A DNA stretch of 64,000 nt, taken from IMG/VR virus record IMGVR_UViG_3300030116_002442, one strand, 5' to 3'. The first letter of the stretch is position 1; every line of letters begins with the position of its first letter. The position numbers were made by a program, and so were the translations under genes. Below the pieces are notes generated by a model. It saw only the letters and a program-made list of their open reading frames with translations. It ran no database searches and was not told the DNA's origin. The DNA comes from an uncultured virus (IMG/VR IMGVR_UViG_3300030116_002442). Its lineage: Duplodnaviria > Heunggongvirae > Uroviricota > Caudoviricetes. Shown piece by piece: positions 27,501-37,888 of the stretch.

Positions 27501-30247
27501 TGAGGAACTCCTCTAAAATATTTAGATTTAAATTTATCAGAGAACTTATAATTAGCATAAGGTATTTTATTGTAATCATCATAAGATGTAAATTGGTCTT
27601 CTTCCCAATCAGCCTGACCTTCAGCTTCCCTAACCTTATCCCACGTGTTAAATATAGCTTCTTCTTCTCCAGAATACACCTCTATAAATGTGTTTAAATC
27701 TTGGTCATTGTAAGTTATTATATCTGGTATATACCCGCCCGTATGATTTTTTAATTCATCAATATTGTTAAAAGCAATAATATTAACGTCTTCATTTCGA
27801 AATATTGCAGCCATATCACCTGGGTCATATACATCATCTATATCAGAAGCTGGCACAAAAAACACAGTGTCTCTACTAAAGTCTTGCACATGTAAAGAGG
27901 CGTCATAATTAAAGGCCATGTCTTGTAGTTTAAAATATCTTCCTGCAGGACCATTAAACATTTGCGGTTGGTTTTCTACTGTTGGTATACCCCTACTGCT
28001 TAACATTTCTCTTACATCTGCTTTAGTATGCATATTTTTGAATGTTCCCAAGTCTCCACCAAAATAACGCATAAACAAATCATTAGGAACCCCATTAGTC
28101 TCACCCTTCATCCAGTCTATAACCCCATCATATGAATTAAATTTTCTATATAATTTTTGAGAACTTTCTATCATACCAGGTATTAACCTGTTCAATAAGT
28201 CTTTAAATGTTTGGCGGTCTTCTTTTGTTACAGGAAACTCAGGGTCTTCTAAGATACCATCATCATCTGCTAAAGGGTCTTTTATATTTTCAAGATAATC
28301 TCTTTTTTCTTGGTCTTTAGGGGTAATTATTACATCTGGCCCGACATCTAAGGGTTTAGCCTCACTAGGCACTTCTTCTTCTTCTTCCCCCTCCATAACA
28401 TCATCTTCTCCATAAATAATTAACTCTTCATCTTCAAGCTCATTTTCTTCGTTAAACTCATCAAATATTAATAACTCTTCATCTGTGTAAGTTACCCATT
28501 CATCATCTTCATTTAAAACAGCGATTTTTGAATTTCCATTTTCATCTTCCCAATAAGCCACACCATCTTCAATTCTAGCATTATCAGGTAACTTAATAGG
28601 AGTACCTTTAGGTAGCGATTCAGCATCCTTTTTTTCTTTTCTTTTTTCTAATTCTTCGTTTTTTTCTTCTAATATTTTTATAACTTCTTCTTCATTTTCA
28701 GCATCTTCTATTTTTTCTAATAATTCTTCAGATTCTTTTATAGGGTCTGTTTTAATAATTTCAGTTTCATTTGTTTTATTTTTATAACCTTCTTGTAAAT
28801 CGCTTTCAGAAATAAAACTATTATTAAGTTTGTTTACCCTTTTAACAGCATTAGCTCTACTTTTATCAGCAGGCCTTTCAAAGTTTATCATAAAGCTGTA
28901 TGCAGAATCTTCTACAGAATTATAATCTTTCGATAAAAACTGCCTCATTCTAGAGTCTTTATTATCTTCTGCAAATATAAAATCTACTTGCCCCTTCCAA
29001 TCTGTCTTCCAATCATCTCCCACAAAATCTAACATATTTTGTCTTCTACCTCCAGATTTATTATATTGAAACAAACCATATGAAGAACCATTGTCACCAA
29101 TAGCAGAACTATCAAAAGAAGATTCAGCTGCTATATTTGCCATTATACCCATAGCATGATTATGAGATAAATTATGTTCATCTATTAAATAGTTATATAT
29201 ATCTTGTGGATTTACTTTAGTGCTAGTTGGTCTTTTCGAATCCTCACCAGGTCTCACATCATCACCAGGAGTAATAATAGGAGAAGAGCCTCCTGGTTGA
29301 GTTTCACCTGGGATGTTTAATATATCTCCTGTGTATATTTTATTTTTATCTTTTATATGTGGATTTGCATCCATTAATTCTTCTACAGTAGTATTATATT
29401 TAATAGCTATTTTAGATAATGAATCTCCTTTTTCTATTTCATATTGAAACTCTAAAGGCTTTTCTTTGTTTATTGGACCTTCTGTAATTTTTTCATCTGG
29501 AATATCAGTAGGTAATATGTTTCCAGATTTTATATTAGAATCATAAGATTTTATAACAGGAAGTATATTTTTTTGAAAATCACTTTTTGAAGAAAAGTCA
29601 TATACATAACCGTATTTATCATGTTTTACTTTACTTTTTTCTAATACTTTTAAAGTATTTTTATATTGTTCACTTTCACTATAATTAATTTCTTTTCCAT
29701 TTTCTATTATAACTTGTTCTTGATAACTTTTATATCTTGTTCCATAAACCCAAGAGCCACCTAAATAAGTACTATATGTACCATCATCTCCATAGAACTC
29801 ATAGCTTCTATTAGTTTCTGTAACGCCTGGCTTCATAAAATCTATATGAAAATGTGGAGCTCCGTCTCTACCCCTTTCATCTAAAACTCTAGCATTGTGT
29901 AACTTTAACCAATCTTCTGCTTCTAAAGATAATGTTAATTGATGTTTTTTACCATTACCATAATTTTCTAACTCTTCATCAGATAAATGCTTATAGTCTA
30001 TAAACATCCATTCTAAAAAAGCTTTATATTCTTCGTCTCTTACATTAATATCCAAAGCACTTGCCCTAGAGTGATTAGAGCCATGATTGTGTATTTTATG
30101 ACCTTCGTCTCTAAAAACGCTATTTAAGTACACCGCAGTACCTTTAGGTAACCTAGCTAATAAATCAAAAAACCCAACAGCAGCATGTTCTGCTAGATGC
30201 ATTTTACTATGTTTATGAGGCTTATGTGTTCCTTTTATAGTTGTCAT
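24563..30247 (-). CDS. large ejection protein with peptidase M15-like, LysM and phage tail-lysozyme-like domains
   Basis: SVFR...HSRASALDI...HFHI; YEIEKGDSLSKIA...N...IYTGDILNIP; AMGIMANIAAESS...YGLFQY...FERP. Confidence 0.8.
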   Translation of the reverse strand: MTTIKGTHKPHKHSKMHLAEHAAVGFFDLLARLPKGTAVYLNSVFRDEGHKIHNHGSNHSRASALDINVRDEEYKAFLEWMFIDYKHLSDEELENYGNGKKHQLTLSLEAEDWLKLHNARVLDERGRDGAPHFHIDFMKPGVTETNRSYEFYGDDGTYSTYLGGSWVYGTRYKSYQEQVIIENGKEINYSESEQYKNTLKVLEKSKVKHDKYGYVYDFSSKSDFQKNILPVIKSYDSNIKSGNILPTDIPDEKITEGPINKEKPLEFQYEIEKGDSLSKIAIKYNTTVEELMDANPHIKDKNKIYTGDILNIPGETQPGGSSPIITPGDDVRPGEDSKRPTSTKVNPQDIYNYLIDEHNLSHNHAMGIMANIAAESSFDSSAIGDNGSSYGLFQYNKSGGRRQNMLDFVGDDWKTDWKGQVDFIFAEDNKDSRMRQFLSKDYNSVEDSAYSFMINFERPADKSRANAVKRVNKLNNSFISESDLQEGYKNKTNETEIIKTDPIKESEELLEKIEDAENEEEVIKILEEKNEELEKRKEKKDAESLPKGTPIKLPDNARIEDGVAYWEDENGNSKIAVLNEDDEWVTYTDEELLIFDEFNEENELEDEELIIYGEDDVMEGEEEEEVPSEAKPLDVGPDVIITPKDQEKRDYLENIKDPLADDDGILEDPEFPVTKEDRQTFKDLLNRLIPGMIESSQKLYRKFNSYDGVIDWMKGETNGVPNDLFMRYFGGDLGTFKNMHTKADVREMLSSRGIPTVENQPQMFNGPAGRYFKLQDMAFNYDASLHVQDFSRDTVFFVPASDIDDVYDPGDMAAIFRNEDVNIIAFNNIDELKNHTGGYIPDIITYNDQDLNTFIEVYSGEEEAIFNTWDKVREAEGQADWEEDQFTSYDDYNKIPYANYKFSDKFKSKYFRGVPHDPDTGLAYTPEQFNSLYTSPEDVNIIVPRELQASMEQGFGAMKTPGGMITAFENLIELKEDGYVVDTTYGEITTPDGRTGLMIYPPGSYIDKYGAWVNKDGLAYYWGSNGEFKFTDKKYTYEDFIGGIDSNQDDITRGKDFMNKIRTIENGGFWDVKTTTMYSESGVFRDSLGRLRKIDNKGIEYKLSDEGVLDPADSTGESGYWKPTNKGLRKIKELGYQYDSDQDAFYPGNYYKKNGEWFTPNGFRVELDERNNESVYHLHMPKNIKNSETYKKSGFKWNSKEGYWMPPDAYRGADGNWYVDKTINSSVSTNYSEDERFDLVENRYNDTSKSSIYTQFQGKGYHVGNLNSAQVTISVPITKGKFQGSNVTLDWEDMGEYTYSNMEEGSILDQSYGIKYTGNSDENTYVGLLNESDTETQRNFKLLQADTLTSKGYTWAPEYSKWFEPGVTKGANGLYTDEQGFVYKQNRDYYSNGEAIWSWQHTPESMKNTGWTQTLKDYQGNDVVIDNLPADSYFPPGTYVDKKGNLRIKRGNEIDDQHDQHFFANERNTKVKNRDEGGSRSSAIKIKDGRIQYGYYKNEGDTSVTYEDLNWVNSGDINLRTWGVNTTKAQREWYAENGWVEADDMLSNYTGDEIKTNIFDHYDADDYRSDDPSKRYSHTIWLPPGAEKDEEGRWMDTNTGNYYVLQNFSATEGDDAIYTPTLMTEAQMNTYYENLKDSSKTSASVEGVDVGQYDPWGQAKEKITSFLTEHGDSAITALQAGVGLIGLGKALKDIPVEERPKLSGEYQAFQRMSKEMAQSGMDPKTKYAMRNELTNAYSLGIKNALRASGGNRATFLANAGVLNANRVEGLLKMGAMDSQQRLKNMEHYGKVLNFAEEFALKGKTVENNQKYQEAVRKSEVWGAMGGSIINKILGDMSHKETMKTMQPIIESGLQSMRLQFEDMFNEFESKADQFITDNMINPGGDEEVPGEDGT

Positions 30248-30259
30248 ATATTATATATT

Positions 30260-31843
30260 TTAATAGCCATCTGGCCAATTATCCATAGCTTGTGAAACAT
30301 ATTTTCCTAAAGCATTTACATCACCCCCTCTTTTTAATTTTTCTATTACATTAGAATCTTTTTTAGAAAATATCATTTCATTTCCCTCAAATTCTACCAT
30401 ACCGCCATCTTTAGTAAACCCTGGAATACCTCCATTAGCATGACTAGGTCCCACAGCTCTACCTCCTTTTTCTAACGGTTTTGTAAAAAAATGTTCTGGA
30501 CTTCTTTCACCTTCTGCTATATCTTTCATTTTAAAAAAATCTTTAATACTTTTTCCGCTTTTCAAAAACTTGTATAAAGCTCCAAAAGTTTGTATAGCTT
30601 TTGCGCCTCCTGGCATTCCGAAATCTACAGTGCCCCCCATTGGTTGTACGGGAGATGTAGAATGCTCAGTTAAAGCAGAATTTTCTTTTGATGCTCTATA
30701 TGCAGCATCTTTATTTTTATAATAATTAAATAAAGCTAAATCTTTAGAGTACTTAGTACCCCCTGTTTTTGTTGTATCTGTTTTTACATTTCCTCCAGTA
30801 TCATAAGAATACTTTAACATTTCTGGCCTTGTTCCTTCTAAATTTCCACCACCTCTAAAATTCATAGATAAAAACTTTTTATAATCTTCAGATAAATAAT
30901 CGTGTGATGCAGATTTTTTATTAGCTCCAACTTGAGCCCCTTCTTTAGCAAAAGTAGTATTAGCTGTATTTAACCCCATATCTTCCATGTATTTTAACTT
31001 TTGCTCTAAATCAGATTGATATCTACTAGTTTGACGCGACGTTTGTTCACCAGAAACATCAGCTAAAAGTTCATCAGACTTTTGGTCTTTTATAGCGCTT
31101 CTTGTTTTTTTTCTTGTTATTAAATCTTTAACTAAACCAGCAGGAGCAGAAACCATATCTATTATACCTTGCACTGGATTTAAAGGCATTGTAGCTAATC
31201 CTTTTGCAAACTGCAAACCTCTACCCATAACCTCTCTTCCTGTTACTGTAGTAGGGTCATCATCAGACATCCAATCTTGTGGTCTAACTAAAGCTAAAGC
31301 AGAAGATGCAGCAGTAACTTGAGCAGGACTCATTGTAGATGTTAACTCTTTACCTCTTTGTATTGCTAAATCTAATCCACTTTCTCCTCTAAATAAATTC
31401 CTTATACCAAGAACTCCTGGTTTACTTGCCGCTACATTTTGAACTGGAGATATGTTTTGTTCTATTAAATTTAAACCAGCTTCTGGCATACCTTCAAAAC
31501 CTATAGGTGAAAGTTTAGGAAGTGTTTGACCAGTCCCTTCTAGAACTACGGTTGGAGCAACTTCTGGTAATATACCTGAAACTACATCAGTAGCAGTAGA
31601 AGCAGTTTGGCCTTGTAATAAATTCATTAAAGTTCCTTCTTGACCTGGATAAGCTTTTTTAAATATTTCAAAATCTCTTATGAAATTAGGGTTAGTCATA
31701 AAGTCTGTTCCCTTATACATATCTATCATACCTTGAGCAGAATCAGTTATTCTAGTTGTCATATCTAAATTCTTACCCATATATGTTCCCCCAGCAACAT
31801 TTTGTAAACTATTGATATCAGTTGGATTATTTATTACTGCCAT
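30260..31843 (-). CDS. putative ejection/cargo protein
   Basis: C-terminal GPSHANGGI...VEFEGNE motif recalled from crAss-like virion proteins; several xxGG motifs. Confidence 0.6.
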   Translation of the reverse strand: MAVINNPTDINSLQNVAGGTYMGKNLDMTTRITDSAQGMIDMYKGTDFMTNPNFIRDFEIFKKAYPGQEGTLMNLLQGQTASTATDVVSGILPEVAPTVVLEGTGQTLPKLSPIGFEGMPEAGLNLIEQNISPVQNVAASKPGVLGIRNLFRGESGLDLAIQRGKELTSTMSPAQVTAASSALALVRPQDWMSDDDPTTVTGREVMGRGLQFAKGLATMPLNPVQGIIDMVSAPAGLVKDLITRKKTRSAIKDQKSDELLADVSGEQTSRQTSRYQSDLEQKLKYMEDMGLNTANTTFAKEGAQVGANKKSASHDYLSEDYKKFLSMNFRGGGNLEGTRPEMLKYSYDTGGNVKTDTTKTGGTKYSKDLALFNYYKNKDAAYRASKENSALTEHSTSPVQPMGGTVDFGMPGGAKAIQTFGALYKFLKSGKSIKDFFKMKDIAEGERSPEHFFTKPLEKGGRAVGPSHANGGIPGFTKDGGMVEFEGNEMIFSKKDSNVIEKLKRGGDVNALGKYVSQAMDNWPDGY

Positions 31844-31855
31844 GTTTTTTTAATT

Positions 31856-34800
31856 TTAAATTCTTGAATATCTGTAGAACGGCAAAACAGAAAATATATT
31901 AAACTTTTCACTTTTTATGCTTCCGTACTCATCTTCTCCATCTACAAAAACTCCATTTACTGGCCATCCTAATGTCATTTTTGCTTTTGCATAACTTCCC
32001 CTTACTGTATTCTCTCTATTCAATTCATTATTTGATGACTCTAATCTTCTCATGGGAGCATAATGTATAGCGTCTTTTACACTATACCATGTTTTTCTAC
32101 CATCAGCATTTACTGATGATAAATTGTTAGATGCAGAATAAAGAGGAGAGTCATCACCTCTATCAAATTCTACAATTTCTTTTTCATTTCCTGCTCCTTT
32201 GAATACAAATTTACGAAAATAATTATACTTGTATCCCTCATTAGTATCAGAGTTCATCATCATTTGAATTTTGTCAAATAATTTACTTTGAAAAGGCTCG
32301 TCATTGAAAACAATTTCTAATTCAAATGGTTCTTTATATATTTCAGATTCCACTATTTGATTAGAATCTTCTGGATAAACAAACTCACTATTTGTTATAT
32401 TGTTATAATCCCATATATAATAATCTATACCACCAAAATTTAAATATCTTTGTACTGAAGAACCATCAAAATTATCATAGTTTTCATATTCATTTTGATA
32501 TCCATTGGCTAAATATATTGCCGATAAAGGATTGTCTGCAGTATTATATGTAGAATACAACCTTCCTTTAAATTTAAAATAATCTGCAGCTCTTTTAGAA
32601 ACAAAAGAAGTAAATGTTCCTAATAACTCACTGAACACTATTGTTTCAGGTGGCCTACCTTCTGCTTTTAATGTTAATAAAATTTCATTATATTCTGGGT
32701 CATGACCAATAGATATACCCCCTTTTTGGTCTGATATATAATCATACATTTCTTCAAATGCTTGATTGTAATCATTACTAGGCTCTACATTAAACACTTC
32801 TATAGTTAAAGGGTTATCATTAATAATTAAATTTTTAAACTTATCAAAGTATGATTGCATTCCCGCTGAGTCACCTAATGAGTTAACAGAAAAACCTCCA
32901 CCTTGTTTTCCTTTTGTGCTTAATGATAAAAATTTAGAATTAGAATCATCATAAAAATAAACAGCATTATCACTTTCTGCTCTTCCAAAAAAATGTTGAC
33001 TTCCAAACTGTTGACTTACATAATCATATCTTTCTAAAGCAGAACCTGTACCTGTAGCAGCTTGTATATCTTGACCGTCTTCTGTTTTTATTAAAACTCT
33101 AGGATTTACACTTAATGAAGCTACACCTGAATTTTGTAAAGCAAATAAATTATCTTTTAAAAGAAACATTTGTGTTATAGGTCCTTTTACATAATCTAAG
33201 TCTCTAAATTGATTTATAGGAAAAACTGAATATGAATCTTGAAATTCTCCTGTTAATTTTTGGTCTGACCAAGCCACTGTAGAAGGCCAATTATATACTT
33301 CCCTTAATTCAGGTGGTCTAATTAAAAAATTTAATATACTTTGTTCCGCATTATAACTTTCATTATACCTGTAATCATCTTCTATAAACCTAGGTATTTT
33401 AGCATTGCTACTATTAAAAAACAAACCATGCCTTAAATCCAAGTTAACATCTGACTCTAAAGGAACTTGTGTAGCCAAACATACTACTCTATTACCTTCA
33501 GCAGTTTTAAAATTTTTCTTATGCTCAAAATAACCTATAAAGGTATCTCCCCCAAAAACTTCATTTCCATTATCCCCTGTGTCTTGTTGAGCTATACCAA
33601 ATACTTGATTAACAGGGTCTCCTACTGGAGTGTAATGACCAACAGCTTGAAATCTGTTTCTAGAAAAAGCCCCTTCTGAGTTACCACCATACATTCCATC
33701 AGCGTCCAATCTTCTATGTATTTGTGCTATTGTTAACTCAGGACTATACGTAGACTTGCCTTTATCTTTATTACCCAAACCCCCTACTACATATTCTGCT
33801 CCATTTTGACTCCAAATTTGTTGCCTTGTTATTGGTAGCTGACCCGCTTTATCAAGAGACATTATAATTCTTTTTGAACTTTGAGAGAGTTTTAAAGTAT
33901 CTAAATAACTGTTATTTCCAACACCCCCTTGACCTATAGATTTTACCCAACGATAATCTGGAATATCTAATTCATGAAAAACATTTAAATTAAGAAAGTT
34001 TTTAGGAGCATTAGTTTGGTCGTTATATATTTCCTCTCCTGCAGTAACCACTTTAGCAAAAGTTATATAAGATTCTGGAAAAGTTTCAGAAAGCTGAGAA
34101 CCATCTACCCAACTTGCACTAGGAGATGTGTTCATGTCAGCTGATTGTAAATTTTTAAAAGGTAAACCTTGTGTAAAATTTTCTTCTGCGTCCCCACTAA
34201 AATAAGTATCATATTGTGTTAGTGATGAGTTGGCAAAATTTGTAGAACATAAGCTATATTGAGGATAACAAGATATTCTTTTAGTATAATACTTAGAATA
34301 GTAACCTAAATTTATAATACTTCCATCTAATGCGAATGTTAAATTAGAATCTTGTCCATGTACCTCTTCATAATATGCTGCCTGGCTTGCCTCTAAAGAA
34401 GTATCTGCGTCTGTATCATTGAGCTGAATTATGGTATCACCATCCCAAAAATTAACAGAGGCACTAAGTTTAAACTCCCATTGTCCCGCCTCTATTTCGT
34501 CACCAAACACATCTATAGAGCCCCCTGATAATAAATCACCAGTTATTAAAGTTGCAAATTGATTCATAGAGCCATTAGCCAATATAGTGGCATTTTGTGA
34601 ATTTTGTGGTAAGTCACTAAAATTATAGCCTTGGTCTTCATCAGAACTTGTATTATATTTTTGGTCTGATAAATCTAAACATAACGAACCAAATCCACTT
34701 TCATTAAATGTGCCATCAGAGTTTTTATGTACTATATTTTGTTTCATACAATAAGCTGACTCTATAAGCTTTATTCTGTCAGCTGAGCTGTGTTCGTAAA

Positions 34801-37800
34801 AAAATGAATCATTTAATAATGCGTCTGGAGATTCCATAGCATAGATATTTGAAGAGTTTTCATCATATCCATAGTATCTTGTTTCTTCTGGCTCACTTGA
34901 CCAACCACCTACTACTGACGCACCTCCAGCTGTCTGTATAATAGGTGTCCATAAAGGAAATGAAGAATTTAATAAACTGTCTTTATTGTTAACAAGCTCT
35001 GTATTTTCACTATATAAATCTTCTGCTAAATATTCTGCCCTTGTTAAAACACCTGATGTTACTATAGTTTTAAAATTATCTTCTCTTGGAACCCTTACTA
35101 TAGAATAACCACTTATAATTTTTGCTGTTTTAGATGATATTTTTACTTCAAAATAAGGAAATAAAACATTAGCTACATGCCCAGCTCCATTATCAATGTT
35201 TACATATTGATTGTCTCCAGATTGTTTAAAGCCATGGTCTTTTTTGTCTCTAGATGTTTGATAATAATAAGGACTAGGTTGATAAAAACCTATAACATTA
35301 CCATCTTCATTGTATTTAGGAACTATATATTCCGTGCTATGCTCTGGCATTCTTATATCTCCTATTTTTTTTACAAACAACGGAGAACCTTTTTTATCAT
35401 AAAATAATATACCAAACCTATAAATCTCACCTCTTCTATATCCTACAAAATTAGAATTATATATAGGATTAGAATAGTTTTTATAAAAATTATTTGCATC
35501 AGATTGTAATGATAAGTCATTAAAAGGAGTTGTGCTTTTATTTACATTTATTGTAGAATTAGATAAAACTCCTTTTCTGTCTAACTGAACTGCTCTATTT
35601 TTTTCTAACATTCTAAAAGTTACCCTTACACCTTCTAATTCACCATCTTCATTAGGTGTATCAAAACCAAGACTTTGTGCTCCAAAAATTCCTCTAGCCG
35701 TATTATTAGGCGTATTAGGTCCAGTTGCATAAATGGCTCCATAATAATATGCAGCACCAGGTATTCCTTCTGGGCTTACACTATTTGGCCCTTTTATGTA
35801 TTTATAATGACCATCTCCATTATTATAATTTGGTTTATCAGTAGCATACGTAGTGCTATTACCTTCATAAAATTCTGCGTTTACTAAAGTCGTAGAAGCT
35901 TGATTAAATACAGTATTAAATTCTAAACCCCCTCTTGAATACATTAAGTCATGATATAAATTAGGATTTTGTGGCGTTTCATGACGAATGTTTTTATAGC
36001 TATAAGAATATACTGTAAAATCTGTATCTATTTTAACAGTCTTGTTACTTAAGTTTCCACAAAACAATCTATTATCTTTAGTTTCTAAAGCTTTACAGGT
36101 GTCCCAATTAATTTGATTTATATTAAACTCTATTATAGTTATTTCATCTATAGGGGTTTCTAATCCTGTATGTGTAAAATTAATAGTGTTGTTACCATCA
36201 ATAACATCGGGTATAGTATATTCATTAAATACTACAGGCGCGCCAGCAGGAACATTATCTATATAAGGAACTGCTATTAATTGAACTTTACTAAATCTAG
36301 TATCTAATCTTGTTATTTCTCCTTTTATAGATTTACCTGATGATGTGCCAACCTCAGCTCCTTGTGTCATATAACTTAAAGTTGATTTAGAAGTTTTAGG
36401 TAAGCTAGCAGGGTTTGATAATGGTGATATTTGAGAAACCCTACCATCTATAGTTTTATATCTAAAACAATATGAATAAGACACTGAGTCTAAACTACCA
36501 CCATCTTTAAAACCTGTAACTCTAGGAACGCTAAATACAGCTGGTGTAAATAAATTAAAATACTCAGGATTGTTTTGCCAAGGTGTGTATATACTTGACT
36601 CTGCCCCTACATTCATACTTCTTAAAGGGAATTCTGTGTCCGTAAAATATATTCTTCTTGTTATAGTACCCTCTTCTGAACCTACTACTTTTAGTTTTTT
36701 AAAAGGTTTAAAACCTAAATTACCCATATAAAAAACTAAATAATCATTTTCGTTAACATTATCAAAGCCTTCATATAATTCTTGTAAAGCAGGGTCTCCT
36801 ATTAAAGCTCCTGTTCCAAACAAATCTCCATCAGCTTGTTGCCTAACTTTAACCACCAAATCAGGCGTTCCTGCAATTACCCCCATAGCTGGCCAATGCA
36901 TTAACAAAACCATGTAATCAGAAAAAGGATACTGACCTAAAATTTGTGGACCCCAGTTTTCTAAAGTAAAACCTTCTTGTTGTAATTGATTATAATAAGA
37001 CCCACCTATCATATCTACTAGCAAAGGGTTTAACTGCTCTATAAACAATTCAGGCGTTATATCAAGGCCAGCAACATTATTTATATCACTTATACCCACT
37101 TGCTCGTTAGCCCAAGTTAAAGCATTTTGATAAATTAAACTATAAAAAGAATCCCAAACTTCATCTGGAAAATTTAAATAAGCATATTGTTCTTGTAATT
37201 CTTCTATATAAACATCAGCCGCCTGCTCAACTACTTGTTCTATTGGATAAACATATTCTACCGTTCCTGTAAATACAACGGAAAAATTAGTAACATAATC
37301 ATCTTCATTTTGATTATTAACAAAACTCCAAGTTACCAAATCTGTTTCAGTTGCAAATTCATAACCCTCATCATCAGATTGATGTACCACAAAAATTGTA
37401 ATAGGTATATCTGGGTTTGAGTTTATAGCAGTTGCTATAGCTAAATCTATATCTAAATAATCATCTAATATTTCTTCATCTAAAGATATAGTTTGTGTGT
37501 ACGACTGTCCTGATTGTGTAACTAAAATTACAACAGCATCTAAATATCCATCAGAATTCATGTAATTACCATTAGCTATAGTAGGCTCCATTGTTACACC
37601 ATCTAATATACTTCCTGGCGAACCACCAGGAAAAGTAAATGTTTGACTACCATAACCCCATGAACCCACGTAAGATAAAGCTGGCACATTTGTTTGGTAA
37701 GTCAACATGCTAGTAAAATCTATAGCTTTTTTATCACTAGGGTAGGGTTGTATACTAACATTATCTCCATCAAAACTTGTTAATCTTGCGTTTTTAGCAT

Positions 37801-37888
37801 ATCTATAAGTTTGCTTAGGTTGAAGAGACTCCTCGGCATCAGAGTTCATGCCTTTAAAAAAACTATTTGGTTTTCCTGGTTTTGCCAT
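31856..37888 (-). CDS. tail stabilization/nozzle ('muzzle') protein
   Basis: 2010 aa; FFKGMNSD...YRYAKNAR N-terminus, KDNRLFCGN, GYRRGEIYRFGI, FGGDTFI; synteny. Confidence 0.8.
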   Translation of the reverse strand: MAKPGKPNSFFKGMNSDAEESLQPKQTYRYAKNARLTSFDGDNVSIQPYPSDKKAIDFTSMLTYQTNVPALSYVGSWGYGSQTFTFPGGSPGSILDGVTMEPTIANGNYMNSDGYLDAVVILVTQSGQSYTQTISLDEEILDDYLDIDLAIATAINSNPDIPITIFVVHQSDDEGYEFATETDLVTWSFVNNQNEDDYVTNFSVVFTGTVEYVYPIEQVVEQAADVYIEELQEQYAYLNFPDEVWDSFYSLIYQNALTWANEQVGISDINNVAGLDITPELFIEQLNPLLVDMIGGSYYNQLQQEGFTLENWGPQILGQYPFSDYMVLLMHWPAMGVIAGTPDLVVKVRQQADGDLFGTGALIGDPALQELYEGFDNVNENDYLVFYMGNLGFKPFKKLKVVGSEEGTITRRIYFTDTEFPLRSMNVGAESSIYTPWQNNPEYFNLFTPAVFSVPRVTGFKDGGSLDSVSYSYCFRYKTIDGRVSQISPLSNPASLPKTSKSTLSYMTQGAEVGTSSGKSIKGEITRLDTRFSKVQLIAVPYIDNVPAGAPVVFNEYTIPDVIDGNNTINFTHTGLETPIDEITIIEFNINQINWDTCKALETKDNRLFCGNLSNKTVKIDTDFTVYSYSYKNIRHETPQNPNLYHDLMYSRGGLEFNTVFNQASTTLVNAEFYEGNSTTYATDKPNYNNGDGHYKYIKGPNSVSPEGIPGAAYYYGAIYATGPNTPNNTARGIFGAQSLGFDTPNEDGELEGVRVTFRMLEKNRAVQLDRKGVLSNSTINVNKSTTPFNDLSLQSDANNFYKNYSNPIYNSNFVGYRRGEIYRFGILFYDKKGSPLFVKKIGDIRMPEHSTEYIVPKYNEDGNVIGFYQPSPYYYQTSRDKKDHGFKQSGDNQYVNIDNGAGHVANVLFPYFEVKISSKTAKIISGYSIVRVPREDNFKTIVTSGVLTRAEYLAEDLYSENTELVNNKDSLLNSSFPLWTPIIQTAGGASVVGGWSSEPEETRYYGYDENSSNIYAMESPDALLNDSFFYEHSSADRIKLIESAYCMKQNIVHKNSDGTFNESGFGSLCLDLSDQKYNTSSDEDQGYNFSDLPQNSQNATILANGSMNQFATLITGDLLSGGSIDVFGDEIEAGQWEFKLSASVNFWDGDTIIQLNDTDADTSLEASQAAYYEEVHGQDSNLTFALDGSIINLGYYSKYYTKRISCYPQYSLCSTNFANSSLTQYDTYFSGDAEENFTQGLPFKNLQSADMNTSPSASWVDGSQLSETFPESYITFAKVVTAGEEIYNDQTNAPKNFLNLNVFHELDIPDYRWVKSIGQGGVGNNSYLDTLKLSQSSKRIIMSLDKAGQLPITRQQIWSQNGAEYVVGGLGNKDKGKSTYSPELTIAQIHRRLDADGMYGGNSEGAFSRNRFQAVGHYTPVGDPVNQVFGIAQQDTGDNGNEVFGGDTFIGYFEHKKNFKTAEGNRVVCLATQVPLESDVNLDLRHGLFFNSSNAKIPRFIEDDYRYNESYNAEQSILNFLIRPPELREVYNWPSTVAWSDQKLTGEFQDSYSVFPINQFRDLDYVKGPITQMFLLKDNLFALQNSGVASLSVNPRVLIKTEDGQDIQAATGTGSALERYDYVSQQFGSQHFFGRAESDNAVYFYDDSNSKFLSLSTKGKQGGGFSVNSLGDSAGMQSYFDKFKNLIINDNPLTIEVFNVEPSNDYNQAFEEMYDYISDQKGGISIGHDPEYNEILLTLKAEGRPPETIVFSELLGTFTSFVSKRAADYFKFKGRLYSTYNTADNPLSAIYLANGYQNEYENYDNFDGSSVQRYLNFGGIDYYIWDYNNITNSEFVYPEDSNQIVESEIYKEPFELEIVFNDEPFQSKLFDKIQMMMNSDTNEGYKYNYFRKFVFKGAGNEKEIVEFDRGDDSPLYSASNNLSSVNADGRKTWYSVKDAIHYAPMRRLESSNNELNRENTVRGSYAKAKMTLGWPVNGVFVDGEDEYGSIKSEKFNIFSVLPFYRYSRI

